Part shown: positions 33,458 through 63,686 of the stretch, piece by piece
Layout: every line of letters begins with the position of its first letter
How positions within the stretch are numbered: the stretch's first letter is position 1
Origin: Amoebidium appalachense
Lineage: Eukaryota > Protista > Ichthyosporea
Length of the DNA: 64,000 nt
Direction: 5' to 3'
NCBI GenBank assembly: GCA_963693365.1
Contig: CAVNZM010000003.1
Span: 13,049,252 to 13,113,251, forward strand
Position numbers and translations under genes: made by a program
Notes under the pieces: model-generated
What the model was told of the DNA's origin: nothing
The model's input: the letters and a program-made list of their open reading frames with translations, nothing else
The model's database searches: none

Positions 33458-34388
33458 GGTAAACTTGGTCTGTGTGATGTGTGGAAAAATCTCTCTCCGC
33501 TGGGTATGTAGCATCACATGCGGGTAAACTTGGTCTGTGTGGTGTGTGGAAAAATCTGCTGGGTATGTAGCATCACATGCGGGTAAACTTGGTCTGTGTG
33601 GTGTGTGGAAAAATCTCTCTCCGCTGGGTATGTCAGCTATCAGCCAATCGGATATTTGTTATAATTTGTATACATGCAGTGTGATCTGATACATATGTTA
33701 TTTATTTGAACACTCTTCAACCACAATAAGTAGGTGTGTATTGGATATACATTTATAATCATTAGTAACAACGGCGGAGAATAGTCAACCGTATAAGTAA
33801 AGGCTTACATACCATAAGTAAAGGCTTACATACCATATGTCATTGTTTTATACCAGATCCGATTGGCTGATAGCTGACATACCCAGCTGCTGGGTATGTA
33901 GCATCACATGCGGGTAAACTTGGTCTGTGTGGTGTGTGGAAAAATCTCTCTCCGCTGGGTATGTCAGCTATCAGCCAATCGGATATTTGTTATAATTTGT
34001 ATACATGCAGTGTGATCTGATACATATGTTATTTATTTGAACACTCTTCAACCACAATAAGTAGGTGTGTATTGGATATACATTTATAATCATTAGTAAC
34101 AACGGTGGAGAATAGTCAACCGTATAAGTAAAGGCTTACATACCATACTATGGTAAAGGCTTACATACCATATGTCATTGTTTTATACCAGATCCGATTG
34201 GCTGATAGCTGACATACCCAGCGGAGAGAGATTTTTCCACACACCACACAGACCAAGTTTACCCGCATGTGATGCTACATACCCAGCAGATTTTTCCACA
34301 CACCACACAGACCAAAGTTTACCTGCATGTGATGCTACATACCCAGCGGAGAGAGATTTTTCCACACACCACACAGACCAAGTTTACC
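33458..34388. repeat. Mirror copy of the foldback/AT-rich structure
   Basis: Reverse complement of 16529-17459. Confidence 0.85.
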
Positions 34389-35248
34389 CCCCCCCCCCCC
34401 CCCCGCCCTGGCCCTGCACAGACACACACGTGCGCAGCAGGGCCCCGGGTCGCGTGAGGGCTATTGCAAGACCAACAAGTCCTTTTTGATTGGCTGGCTA
34501 GGACCTAGTAGGCCACGTGACGGCCGGCGTGTGGGTCCCGCTGCTTTTTGATTGGCTGGCTGGATTTGGCCCCCGCTATTTCTAACGAATGGTTTTGATT
34601 GGCTGAGCTGGGATGGCGGGGTATTCCCACCCCCCGATTTTGGGGTTTTGTTCGGCTGCACCAGACACACGCACGCACGCACCCGCAGATTTGTTTCTGC
34701 GCTAGAGTGGGGACTGGGGGTCACCAGCTGCACCGAGGAGGGCCCATGCAGCTGCACCCAGGTGCACCGAGCAGGGCCCATGCAGCTGCACCCGGATTCG
34801 CCAAAGCAAAACATATCGCCCGGTGCCCCCCCCCCCCCCCCCCCCCCCCGCACACGCCCCACACATGCGCACACACAGACACATGCACGCACGCACCCGC
34901 AGATTTTTTTTTCTGCGCTAGAGTGGGGACTGGGGGTCACCAGCGGCACCGAGGCGGGCCCATGCAGCTGCACCCGGATTCGCCAAAGCAAAACATATCG
35001 CCCGGTGACCCCCCCCCCTCCCCCCTCCCGCACACGCCCCACACATGCGCACACACAGACACACGCACGCACCACTTTGGCCTTATTTTTGCGATCTTCT
35101 CGCTGATTTTTTTCGCGCCGCTCTGGCTTTATTTTTGCTGTTCTCCTCGCTGGTTTTTGCGCTGTTCTCCTCGCTGGTTTTTGCGCTGTTCTCCTCGCTG
35201 GTTTTTGCGCCAGTTTTCTCGCTGGTTTCCCCGCTATTTCTTCCTTCT

Positions 35249-36190
35249 TTAGTCCCATTCCTCGTTCTCTTTGTCGCTGTCCTCCTCCCAGTCCGGCTCG
35301 TGCAGCCGGCACACCGAGTGGCGGCCGCAAGGAGGGAACCACCCCGGCCTCCCCTGCTGATGCAGCTTCTCCACCACGGCCAGGCAGCCCCCGCACACAA
35401 ACAGCCGCTCGACCACGGTCAGCGCCAGCTGCCGCTCCATCATCCCGGCCTGCTGGTAGTGCACGGGCCCGTCGCCGTACGGAAAAGGCCGCAGCCCGGG
35501 CTGCGCAGGCAGCCCGCCGCGCCGCCGCTTGCCACGCAGGTTGACGGCGCGCCGGTGCGGGGGCCCGTCTCTGCCGGCACCACAGGACACCACCACGCGG
35601 CACATGGCGCACACGTGCGGGCACTGGTCGAGCGAGAGCAGCTGCTGCACACGGTGGGCCATGGGGGTGTCGTCGACCAGAAGGCGCTCCCACAGCGACA
35701 TGCCGGCCTTCCACAGCGAGGAGAGGTAGTAGAACGTCAGGTGGCCCTCTGCGCACACGGCCTGATTGGCACACATCTCGTCCCACGAGTGCGTGAACAG
35801 GCGCGCCTTCACCAGCGCCGCCACGGTCAGGGGCAGCCTGCGGGGGACGGGGTCACTTTTGTGGCCGGACCAAACCGACACTGGCGCTGACCAAGTCTTC
35901 GCACAGGCACACAAACCGGTGCCTGGCAGGCCACCAAAGTCGCAAGGTCTGGTGTGCGTGCATCTGCTCACTGCCGCCACCCCACACACGCATCTGCGCA
36001 CACCACCCACCCCACACACGCATCTGCGCACACCACCCACCCCACCCACTGCTTCTACTTGCCTGCACGGTGTGTCCACGGGTCTCCGCAGGAACACCCC
36101 GTCCAGCAGCCGCTCGTGCATGGCCCGGTAGTCTTTGGCGTTTTCGGGCAGGGCCGGGGGCCCCAGCCTGGCAAACGGTGCCGTCTTCAT
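35249..36190 (-). CDS. Cys/His-rich hypothetical protein, right-arm copy
   Basis: Mirror of 14729-15670 with two amino-acid differences (W/R, E/Q). Confidence 0.55.
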   Translation of the reverse strand: MKTAPFARLGPPALPENAKDYRAMHERLLDGVFLRRPVDTPCRQVEAVGGVGGVRRCVCGVGGVRRCVCGVAAVSRCTHTRPCDFGGLPGTGLCACAKTWSAPVSVWSGHKSDPVPRRLPLTVAALVKARLFTHSWDEMCANQAVCAEGHLTFYYLSSLWKAGMSLWERLLVDDTPMAHRVQQLLSLDQCPHVCAMCRVVVSCGAGRDGPPHRRAVNLRGKRRRGGLPAQPGLRPFPYGDGPVHYQQAGMMERQLALTVVERLFVCGGCLAVVEKLHQQGRPGWFPPCGRHSVCRLHEPDWEEDSDKENEEWD

Positions 36191-36498
36191 GCCTGCAACA
36201 CGCACCCTCGGGCCCCGTCCTGCCAGCTCGGCCTGCACCCCCCATTTTCGCGCTTTTTGTATGCCACGACCGCCCCTTCGTTCCGTCTGCTGCTGCGCAG
36301 GCTGCCCCGTTGCCGGATCAGCTAATGCTGCCAAGAAGGCACCGGACTGGTGGATCTGGCATTGGGCAAGGTGAAATGTTTGATTGGCCGAGCCCGCACC
36401 CACCCAAAGTATAAAATCAGCCGATCGGTCAGTCAGTCAGTCAGTCAGTCCGAAGTTTTCGGCCTGTGTCCGCGCTGTACCGCAGGCTGCCATCCATC

Positions 36499-37876
36499 AT
36501 GCGGCTCCTCGGTGTCTTCTGTGGGGGGCAGGCCGGTGGTTTGGCCAAATTCACAGGCCCTAAGAGCCTGACCTGGCTGGCTGCCTTCCAGGAGGCTAAT
36601 GCCAATGAGGGCTGGCTGAGCAGGCAGAAAAGCAAGCACCCTGCTGCAGGCTACATGGCCTGTTTCGAGGTGTGTATAGACTGTACAGTTGGCGTGGCCT
36701 ATTGCTGTGTGACACTCCCCCCCCCCCCCCCCCCCTCAAAACCCACGTAGGAGTACGAGGACCCCACCGATCCGAGCAACACGTGCTACCCCAGCCTCAT
36801 GCTGCACTCCCACAAGCTCCTGCCAGTGGCCGATGATCCCGGCCCCACCCCTCCGTTGGAGCTCAACGAATACGCGGGTGTTGCTTGGCAGAGCCAGACC
36901 CCCGCCAGCGTGATGGTGGAGGCCGTGCTGCCGGGCTCCCCACCCGCCCGTCATGTATACGAGATGGACTGGTTTGCCCTTATCCTCCTCTCGAGGCTCC
37001 GGCTGACCTGGCGGGGCAGGGCACATGTGGTCCACTTTGAACCCACAGGCGTTGTGCAGCTGGACCACGGCTGCGCACGCAGGCTCACCCCGGGCCCCGA
37101 GCTGGTGCTGCTGATGGATAACACCATGGTGCACGTGGGTGCCCCCCCCCCCCCCCCCGCCAAAAAAAAAAAAAAAAAAAAAAGAAAAGAAAAAAAAGAC
37201 ACGCAGGCCACACACATGCTGCACCGAGTCTCACACCGGTCCCACACTCAGCAAAACGACCTGGTGCGTGCCTCCGAGCTGATATACAACTACGGCTACA
37301 AGTATGCACACCAGGACTGCCCCGTGCGCCGGCTGGCCATTGGCGAGCGCGTGATTTACCGCAACGGCAACTGCCAGGACCTGCGCTTTGAAAATCTGCT
37401 GCTGGTTCCCCAGCGCAGTGCCTCCCGCTTCGACGACTACGAGGTCTGGCTCCAGGCATACGGCAGCAACGAGACCTCCTCCGGGGGGCCCGTGTCGGCG
37501 ACACACACCTACACATACGACTTGCTGGGCCTTGGCAAACCGGTGGCCCTGTACACCTTCCAAACCTGCTGCATTGAGCACTGCCCCGCCGAGATGAGGG
37601 GGCTGCTCTCCGCCACAATATGTGCCATCGAGGGGCACGTGCCCGCCCTTTTGCATGCACTCCTCTGCTTCTTTAGCAGGGACGCACCCATGTGGCTTGA
37701 CATGGCTTGCAACAACCCGCCCGCACAGGCAAGTGCGGGGGAGGCCGAAAAAAACGGTGGCGGAGAAGATCACGGAAGCTGCCCGAAAAGCAGCATTCAA
37801 ACAGGCTAAGGAGGAGCTTGCCAAAAGTTTAACCTTGCCAGCGTTGTTTATGCAGGTGTTGGGCAGTGCTAAATAA
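36499..37876 (+). CDS. Three-exon HNH-like gene, right-arm copy (exons 36499-36669, 36751-37134, 37207-37876; +1 A near 37750)
   Basis: Exons join in frame at GAG|GTGTGT...TAG|GAG and CAC|GTGGGT...CAG|GCC; GTATAAAA at ~36409. Confidence 0.55.
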
Positions 37877-38177
37877 ACACACAGAGTGCACCGGAGGCAC
37901 TTTAAAAAAGTTTGACAACTGACGGTGTCTTGACTGTGCACTCACACTCCCCCCCCCTCTCTCTCTCCCTCCCTCCCTCCCTCCCTCCCTCTCTCTCTCT
38001 CCCTCCCTCCCCTCCCCCTCTCTCGCCCTCTCCCTCCCTCTCTTTCTCCCTCTCCCTCCCTCTCTTTCTCTCTCTCTCTCTCCCTCCCTCCCCCCCCTCT
38101 CTCTCTCCCCCCCCCCCCCCCCCCCCCCCTCTCTCTCTCTCTCTCTCCCTCCCTCCCTCCCTCCCTCCCTCCCTCTT

Positions 38178-38282
<105 letters not shown>

Positions 38283-38662
38283 TTGCATCGGTAACGGGTC
38301 TTCTCTCTCGTTGATCACAAATGTATTCACTTGTCACTACTGTGATCAGATCTGGATTCTGAACCATGACGTCGTCATATTTCTTGCGGGGGTTGGTGTA
38401 GCCATTGGCGCTTTTGTGCAGGGTGGCTTTTTGGATGTTGAATGGATTCCAATTTTCATTGGCAAACCCCGCTGAGTTGTGTGCATGCGGCAAAGGCTAT
38501 ATCATTACTCCCATTGGTCTCTCCCCCCTCCCCGCTCCCCCCCTCCCCTCCCACCCCTCCCTCCCTCTCTCTCTCTCCCTCCCTCCCCCCCCCCCCCTCT
38601 CTCTCCCTCTCCCTCCCTCTCTTTCTCTCTCTCTCCCCCCCCCCTCCCCCCCCCCCCCCCCC

Positions 38663-38699
<37 letters not shown>

Positions 38700-38709
38700 C
38701 CCCTCCCTC

Positions 38710-38794
<85 letters not shown>

Positions 38795-39675
38795 TTTGTG
38801 TATAACATATATCACCAGACACACGTGTATACACACACACACACACACACACTGCACTGCACAGTTGGTTTCATGCCTGTATGCCTCATATTTGACAATG
38901 CATCCCTAGGCCACACACCCTGCATAACGGTGTATGGTATATGTACACACACAGTACTACACAGCTGGTTTCGTGCCTGTATGTCTCAGATATGACAATG
39001 CATCCCTCGGCCTTAACTGCCCCATCCAGTTCTATTGGTGGATTCAGACCTGCTGCTCTGCCGACATTCCGGAATTTTCAATCTTTTACAAGTGTAAATT
39101 CCAGCACGTGCACTCGGCCTATGCTGCTGGCATAGAACCACCCACCTGCACGTGTTTTAGAGTTCGTACCGGCACTGCATGTTTGAAACCACCGTTTTTG
39201 CGGTGCACTACACTATAGTGTGTCAATATTTAGGTATAATTTGTTCTCTATGATCATGACTCACGCTGCCATTGCAATGCGCAAGAGATGTCTCACCGAT
39301 CTTCGCAAAATTCTACTGGGCCCGCATGGAAATATTTTTTTATTGAGTATCCCCCAAAACTTCCTACTGTGGGGCGAGCCGTATGTGTGCAACCATGCTC
39401 CCGGGAATTTGAGACCCCGTTTCCATATGTGTGTAACAGTATGTAACTAGTAACTACGGAAAATGAAGTTCCGTTATACCAGAATACCCCTTTTTTGAGT
39501 AAATTTATTGATTTTACTTTATGTAGGTCCACATGCATGCAGTCCTATGTCTGTAACGAACCGGTTGCGTGGCCTAATTCTCGAAACTGGAAAATCGGAA
39601 ATCCGCTGTTACACAGGCACTTCTCTCTTCTTCAGGGGTTTATACACTTTTTATTGCGTGGACACTGCCGTAGGC

Positions 39676-41472
39676 CACGGCCCTCTGAAAAAAAGACGGC
39701 CTGGATACAGAACGGGGTCAAAAGAGCAGATTGGTATTTCGATCCACTGGATTCGCTAGCAAACTACTATCAGTGCGCAGATTATGAAGGAAAACGGAAG
39801 GGAAAAAAAAAACGACAAAAGTTTATGAAGTGCTTCCTATGTTCTAAGGCGTTTTTTTGTCTTTGTCACGGTGCTATAGGGCTTGCGAGTAATATGCGCA
39901 AGCCCTATAGCACAAAGTTTTGGCATAGTGTACATAATAGTGTAGCTGAGTCTCAGTATAGTTATATCTATTGAGCAGTTCACGTTTACACATAGTGAGC
40001 AAAGATCTGCTACAAAACTAGAACTCTTCTTTGCGTATATTCTCTCAAAGGTGTTTCTATCCACTAGGTAACATAATACTACCTGTATGTTAAGTATTAG
40101 AACGTCTATGTCCTGCAACACTAACCACCAACCAATAAACACTGTGTAGCCCCCCCCCCCCCCCCCCCCCCCCCCCCGGGCAAACCCTCACACCTCTACC
40201 TACTGGCAAAAAAAGAAAAGAAAGAGGGTTAGAAAACACTGACAAAGCCGCTAGAGCTGCTTCCTCCAAATACGCCTCTACCATCCAATCGTACTCCGCC
40301 TCTGCTGCCTCCAGTGCAGCCACCAGCTCGTCATCGTTTCCCTCCATCTCCCACTCGACGGTAGGTGGTTCCGCCGTGGTTGCTTTGTTTTCACCTTTCT
40401 TTCCCTTCTTCCTCCCTTCGCCTCCCTTTTCCTCTGTTTTGCTCTCCTTTTTCTTCTTTGCTGGTTTTGTCGACGGCACGCTCCCTGCAACTGTGGCGGG
40501 GACGCCTGCCCCCGCGGCGGCCTCGCTCGCCGCCAAAGCGGCCGCCTGCACTGTTTTGGCTTTCCGGTTTGCTTTGTTGGGTGCTTTCTTCGCTTGTTCC
40601 TTGCGTTGACGCACATACGCGCTCAGGTGGCAGTTGGTTGCAACGGTTATTAGTCGTTCCACTAGTGCTCTCTTTTGCGTGCCGCACACCCCACACTCGT
40701 CCATAAGTGCCTTATCGGTATTGTACCTTTTGACTGCATGTTCGCTGAGTAGCACAGCCACCGTTCTATGGCTGCCCCCCGGAAGGTACGTGTTGACCAG
40801 TGGCTTTAGCAGTGCCTCCACCACACAGTAGACCAATGTGACAATGCTCACTGTTGGTGGTGAAGGGAAAGTCAGGCCCCCCCGATTGGCGGCGCGGATG
40901 AGTCGGTAGTGATCGTCTGTGGCTCTCCCGGCCGTAGTGGTGGCTGTTTCAGTAGCTGTGGTGCTTGTTTCACTGGGTGTGTTGGTGTTTTTGTTGGGTG
41001 TGGTGATTTCGAGTTGTGCACGACATGTGTTGCAGCCAACACCGCGCACGTGAAGCGCGTGCACACAGAACCCTGCCCGGTAGGTTAGCACCTCTGGCTT
41101 TCTGACGTCTTCGCTGATTTTATAGACGTGGCCCCAGATGGTGTTGTTGTAGAGTGGGAGAATGGTCTCGATGGTGATCGTTTTGCGTTTGCTGTTGAGT
41201 GCTGTGTTCATGTTGTCGAACAGCTGTGTTACACTTGTGCCCGTCTGCACTGCCAGCTTTGCCAGCTTCTGCACCCGTATCCTTTTGACGGCCTGGAGAG
41301 TCTGTTCATAGAGGTGAGTTTATTGTGTGATTTGTGTATATATAGATGGCACGTGGCTATAAAAGTTTAATATGACACACTATGGCGCGGGCGCACAAGC
41401 AGTGTATCATAGCATATCTTCGTGTGTACACAAGCATGGTTTAGGTATATCTGCATGGGGTTGTGTATGTAT

Positions 41473-41509
<37 letters not shown>

Positions 41510-42007
41510 TACGGTGTGTGTGTGTGTGTGTGTGTGTGTGGTGTTTGGTGTATGTGTGTCTGTGTGTCTGTGTGTGTGTGTGTGCGTGTACGTGTGTGCA
41601 TTTTTGTGGTTTGAGTTCAACAGCCCCGCCCCCCCCCCCCCCCCCCCCCCCCCACCCCCTAATTTCATTTTTCGTTCAGTTTTCTTTGCACCCTTTCTTT
41701 TCACCACACTCCTTTTATCCTGATACCCCCCCCTCCCCCTCCCCTCCTCCTCCAACCCCTTCTTCCGTCCCTGCCTCTCTCGCTATCCCCCCCCCCCCTT
41801 TTTTTTTTTCTCCTGATTATTTTATTCCCCGGGGCCACCATGTCATGACACCACTATCCTATTATTAAGGTGAATCACCAAATCATCCTATATCTGTTCT
41901 GTCTCTGTTCTTTGTAATGCTGTATGAATCGTGTGTGTGTGATGTATCTCTTGTGTTTCATTGTTGCAGGCAGTGGGTGGGTGGCTGAGTAGGGTAGGGG
42001 TGTGCGT

Positions 42008-42038
<31 letters not shown>

Positions 42039-42338
42039 GGGGGGGGGGGCCAGGAGGGGAGGTACCCACCTGTGCTGTCCCAACGTTGTAGTTCCCACCG
42101 CTGTACTGTCGGATTGTGCCAAAAGCACCCTCAAGGGAGTCGGTTTGAAACTTTCTGGTGAGCACAAAGTTGAGCTTCTCGCCGCTCACGCCGCTGTCCA
42201 GGAGATAGCGGATGAGACTGGCCTGCAAATTAAAAGTCAGCAAAATCTGTGTGGCACCACATTTGACTACGCTTGGCATGTGAAAAACCATATGGAAACC
42301 CCCCCCCCCCCCCTCCCCACCCACCCATCCCGACACAG

Positions 42339-42388
<50 letters not shown>

Positions 42389-42468
42389 AACACACTGATG
42401 CGCGCGCACACACACACGTGTCACACACACACACACACACACACAGTGTCACACACAGACACACACAA

Positions 42469-42504
<36 letters not shown>

Positions 42505-43431
42505 TTCATGCCGGTCGACTCCTCATGTGACCTTGTGTGTTGGGGGGGTGAGGGGGTGAGGGGGCGAGGGCATGAGGACATTGGAGGGGATTTTGAGGGG
42601 GGGGGGGGGGGGGTACCATTGTCTTGCTCGTAAACGCCAGCGACCACTGTGTTTCCTCTGTAAACCCTCCAGCCGGCGTGCCGCTCCGCTATTTCCAGGG
42701 CACGGACAACAAGCTGGCCGAACACGAACATCTCCTTCTGGCGCTTCTTCGCTACTGCCTCTTCCTCTTGCCTTGCCCGAACCTTCTCCATCTTTGCGGC
42801 TCTCTCTTCCGGGTCCGTACGAGGAGGCGCGGAAGGGGCGCTCAGGTAACTGGGGCAGTTGGGAAAAATGCTCGGGACGGCGCCTGGCCTAGGCCACGCT
42901 TTGCCACCTTTTTTAACGATGTCATGGGCGGGAAAGTGACGGCAGCAGACCCGCGCAACACCGTGCGGGTCGAAGTTCTCAGGCCACTGCCTCGGCACAG
43001 CACGTAGCCACGCACTGAGAAGGTTCCGTGTTTCTTCGCGTAGCGTCTCGCTTTTAATGCGCCCGTCGTTTGGGTTGGGGAATTTGTAAACGAAAACCTT
43101 GTTTTGGTCGTCGTAGTTGCCTCTGCAGCCTGGAACACTGCATATGTTACCGATTTTGTTGCTACGCAGACCGTTACTTCTCTTCTTATCCATTCCAGGC
43201 TCGGGAGGAGCAGCTCCCTTCATAAGGCCAGTCCCGCCGTCAGCCATGTTACCGATGTCTCCGTCTTTGAACCAAAAAAAGCGAGACGTAAACGAAAAAC
43301 AACAACATACATGTTCTGTGCCGACATCTCGTTTTAGGGCCGGAATCCAGTGGATCGAGATACCACGAGCACAATGGAATGCGATTTTATGACGTAGTGT
43401 ATCCAGGCCGTCTTTTTTTCAGAGGGCCGTG
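39676..43431 (-). mobile_element. P-element superfamily DNA transposon (THAP9-like), apparently internally deleted
   Basis: 34-bp perfect TIRs CACGGCCCTCTGAAAAAAAGACGGCCTGGATACA (39676-39709, 43398-43431); 7-bp TSD CGTAGGC; subterminal inverted GGTATTTCGATCCACTGGATTC motif. Confidence 0.92.
40090..43247 (-). pseudogene. P-type transposase: THAP exon 43247-42617, exon 42222-42070, exon from 41301 downward; central catalytic core absent
   Basis: THAP motif CSVPGC...FP...W...VCCRHF...GAVPSIF; C-terminal motif YLL...FVLTRKFQTDSLEGAFGTIRQYSGGNYN; LTYRAGF..C..C and NRGGLTFPS motifs. Confidence 0.85.
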
Positions 43432-44980
43432 CGTAGGCCCACGGCCATCTAGAAACACCAGCCACATTCCACTGATATTACCATCTGAGACCTTTTCTAC
43501 GTTAGACGAAAGTATGTTGCCTCTTCTTGATTGGTACACAGTGTAATCGAGATTTTGAGCGGTGCAAAAATGATATTCCTCAAAGACTTTTCTTAGGACT
43601 ACTAAAGAGTGTTAAAAAGTAGTAACATCATCACAAACTTGTATTTTAGCATGATTGTAGCATTTTAATGTAATAAAGTTATATAAAAATGCTATGACTA
43701 ACGTTTTTGTCATCAATGAAGGACACAAGTGAGCCAGAATAGAGGAATCTTGATCAATTTTTTGCTACTTTAGTAAATTGATGTACGATTGGATTATCTT
43801 GATGTCATTGTGCAGTGGACCAGTCGGATGTCGGGCAGATCTGAAAACTAACTTCTGTTTGATTGGTTCGGGTGTGGGACCGTTCGTTCGATTGGAAGAT
43901 CTCAAACGTCTCTAACGTCGAGAAAATCTGCCATGCACGTCTGCACAATTTGACACGTTACCCAAAGGGCTTGAGTCGAGCTCACATTCGTGGCACCGCG
44001 ATCCGAGTGACGAAAATCAAATCGCGATATACATATCGGGCGAGCTTCGCCTCGCTCATTGGTGTATAGCACACACACACGAGCGCGTTGTGCAGGTGTG
44101 TGCGACCTGCGTGCAGTGACTTTCAGGCGTGTGCAACTGCGTGCAGTGACTTTCACAGTACGGCGTTAGCGCCTATTTGATGTTACTGTCTGTCACAGTT
44201 GGCCCACGTCACGTGAGGATGGCGCGCCAACGACCTTCGAATTCACCTTTGTGTTCTGGGAACACACCAGCGATGTGGTTTAGTCTCTTCCTTCTGTTGG
44301 TGGTCGCACAACTTGGAACGGCGACGCGAGAACTCTCTGGTATGTAACCACACAACCCTGCTGAACTACATGCATCTTTGTGTCGCAACGTTGAATCCCT
44401 CTGCAGTTTTTCAAAAGCTGCACTGCACAATCGATGCGCACTCAGAGCCAAGCATATGAAAGACGTTTTTCGGTACCTTCACAAGCGGTGATTAAAATCC
44501 TCTTCGTGGCATTGCATGGCATGGTGCATGCATCATAGCATTAATAGTTGTGATGGCTGCTTGGCTTGAAAGAGGTTTAATTGGTGCATGCATCATAGCA
44601 CTAATAGTTGTGATGGCTGCTTGGCTTGAAAGAGGGTTAGTTCTCATGTGACAGTCTGACCACTACAAATCCGAGAGTTGAGTTCGACGAGTTTCTGAAC
44701 TTGTAGATTGTGCGTGATTTCACAATCTACATCACCTTGAGAATGGCATCTGAAAACACGACTCATAGCAGAGCACAGTAATTGTCTGGTTTTTTCTGCA
44801 CGTCGTGAGCGCATAGTACTGTACGGCAGTAGTGACTCTCGGGCTCAGTGGTAATAGCAAGCACCCACTTCATCATGTTGACTGTCAGTGGAAGTCACAA
44901 AGTGCTGCTTAAAAAAAAATAAAAAAAAATAAATGAAAAACGTCATAACTCCGAATCCGAACGCTCTCAAACTTTGGCAC

Positions 44981-45021
44981 TTAAACGATTCCATGGGATG
45001 GCAACCCATGGAATCGTTTAA
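44981..45021. other. Perfect 17-bp stem / 7-nt loop hairpin
   Basis: TTAAACGATTCCATGGG-ATGGCAA-CCCATGGAATCGTTTAA. Confidence 0.8.
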
Positions 45022-45686
45022 CACTTCGTACCTTATTGATACGTTTCACCACCACAGTGCTAATCAGGCTGTGCACCACTTCGTACATTATTGATACGTT
45101 TCACCACCACAGTGCTAATCAGGCTGTGCACCACATCATTCAGTTTCAAACTAGCTATCAAACGTGATTCTAGTAGTAAGGCCTTCTCTGTTAAACCAAC
45201 CACCGCATCTCCCATTTTAGCATCTGGGGCCACTCCGGGCCGCGAGCAACATCGGTGACGTCATCTGGGCCTCTTTATCACGCAGCCATTTTGGCGCCCG
45301 CGATTTGGCGGAAAAACAAGGTGCTATATCACAAATCCAGAAACAGAGGAGCGGTATCATGACGGTTCACGTCAGAACAATATGATAATATACTTGGTAG
45401 TTTCATAAGTGCTTGAAGATTTTTGTGCGCTTGGGTGAGCTGCAAGCATAAGTGCGGCTGCCACGCAGCCATGTCGACGTTGGGCAATTTGCCACAATTC
45501 GATGATTGGTGAGCCTCTCTGAGAAATGTGGTTCGTGGCTGCTCTCCGCCCAGACGCTAAAATGGGAGATGCGGTGGTTGGTTTAAGAAAAGTAACGTTG
45601 CCAAACTGATTGCAATTTAAATCAAACATTTCCGCCTGTCACAGCATCAGAGCCTTAACATCGTCCAAGCTGCTTGCGCCTCCCCC

Positions 45687-45727
<41 letters not shown>

Positions 45728-46419
45728 TCTCTCCCTCCCCCGCAAGAATCCCCGACCTCTCCTCTCGGTCACCAATTTTGAACCCATGCAGCTACTACCC
45801 ACATCATCCCTAGGCCCCTACGTTTGCTCACAAAAATTCATAAACACAGTCTTCTCTGTACCCCCCCCCCCCCCCCCCCCCCCCCCCCGCCTCCTCAGCT
45901 CCACCAATACCAAAACCACCCCTCTCCTTCCCCCCCCATCCCCTGGGCCACGTGCTGTCATCTTCACTTGATTCATAGCAAGACTTAGAAGTTGAGTTTT
46001 ATATTTGTTTATTAGTTTGTTGTAGTTTGTTTCCTTTTCCTTCCTTCCTTTCTTTCTTTTCTTTCTGTTTCCGTGTACACCGATATCTTAGATCTGTGTA
46101 CGTATCGACATACTTAGCTCGCGCACACGTATTGTCGTTTGTGTCAAAATCTATATATGTCATCCAATCAAATCTCGTTTGTATTTTCCCAAATATAGTA
46201 ACTACATTCCTTTCTCATTCCTTTCTCACGACGTAGCATTGTGCTATGTTCTCCATTGTTCATAACATAACACGTCTAAATATAATTATTCCTATGTGTT
46301 TTTTTTTTTTTTTGGGGGGGGGGGGGAGAAGGACGGGTAAAGCGGAGACTGAAAGGGGAGGGGACCAAATTTGAAGACAAACTGAGACGGTAACACTTAT
46401 CCACCGTAACCACCTGCAG

Positions 46420-63237
<16,818 letters not shown>

Positions 63238-63390
63238 GTGAGTTGCCACCGCCACATCACAAATCCTCTCTCAGAATTATTCTACCCCCCTGCCCCCTCC
63301 CCCCCCCGGGCATCCTTCCCTTTTTTTTTTTGGCTCATCCTCTCTCTCTCCCTCTCTCCCTCCCTTCCTCCCTCCCTCCATCCCTCCCTT

Positions 63391-63434
<44 letters not shown>

Positions 63435-63451
63435 CCTCCCTCCCTCCCTCC

Positions 63452-63516
<65 letters not shown>

Positions 63517-63649
63517 CTCTTGTGCTCTTTCTCTCTCTCCCCTGCTCTCTCGTGGTCTTTTTCCTCTCTGATAAACGTACACGCACTCTTGCTGTCTCTT
63601 TCTCATTCTCTCTCAGACCCCCCACCCCCCCCACCTCCCCCTCCCCCCC

Positions 63650-63686
<37 letters not shown>

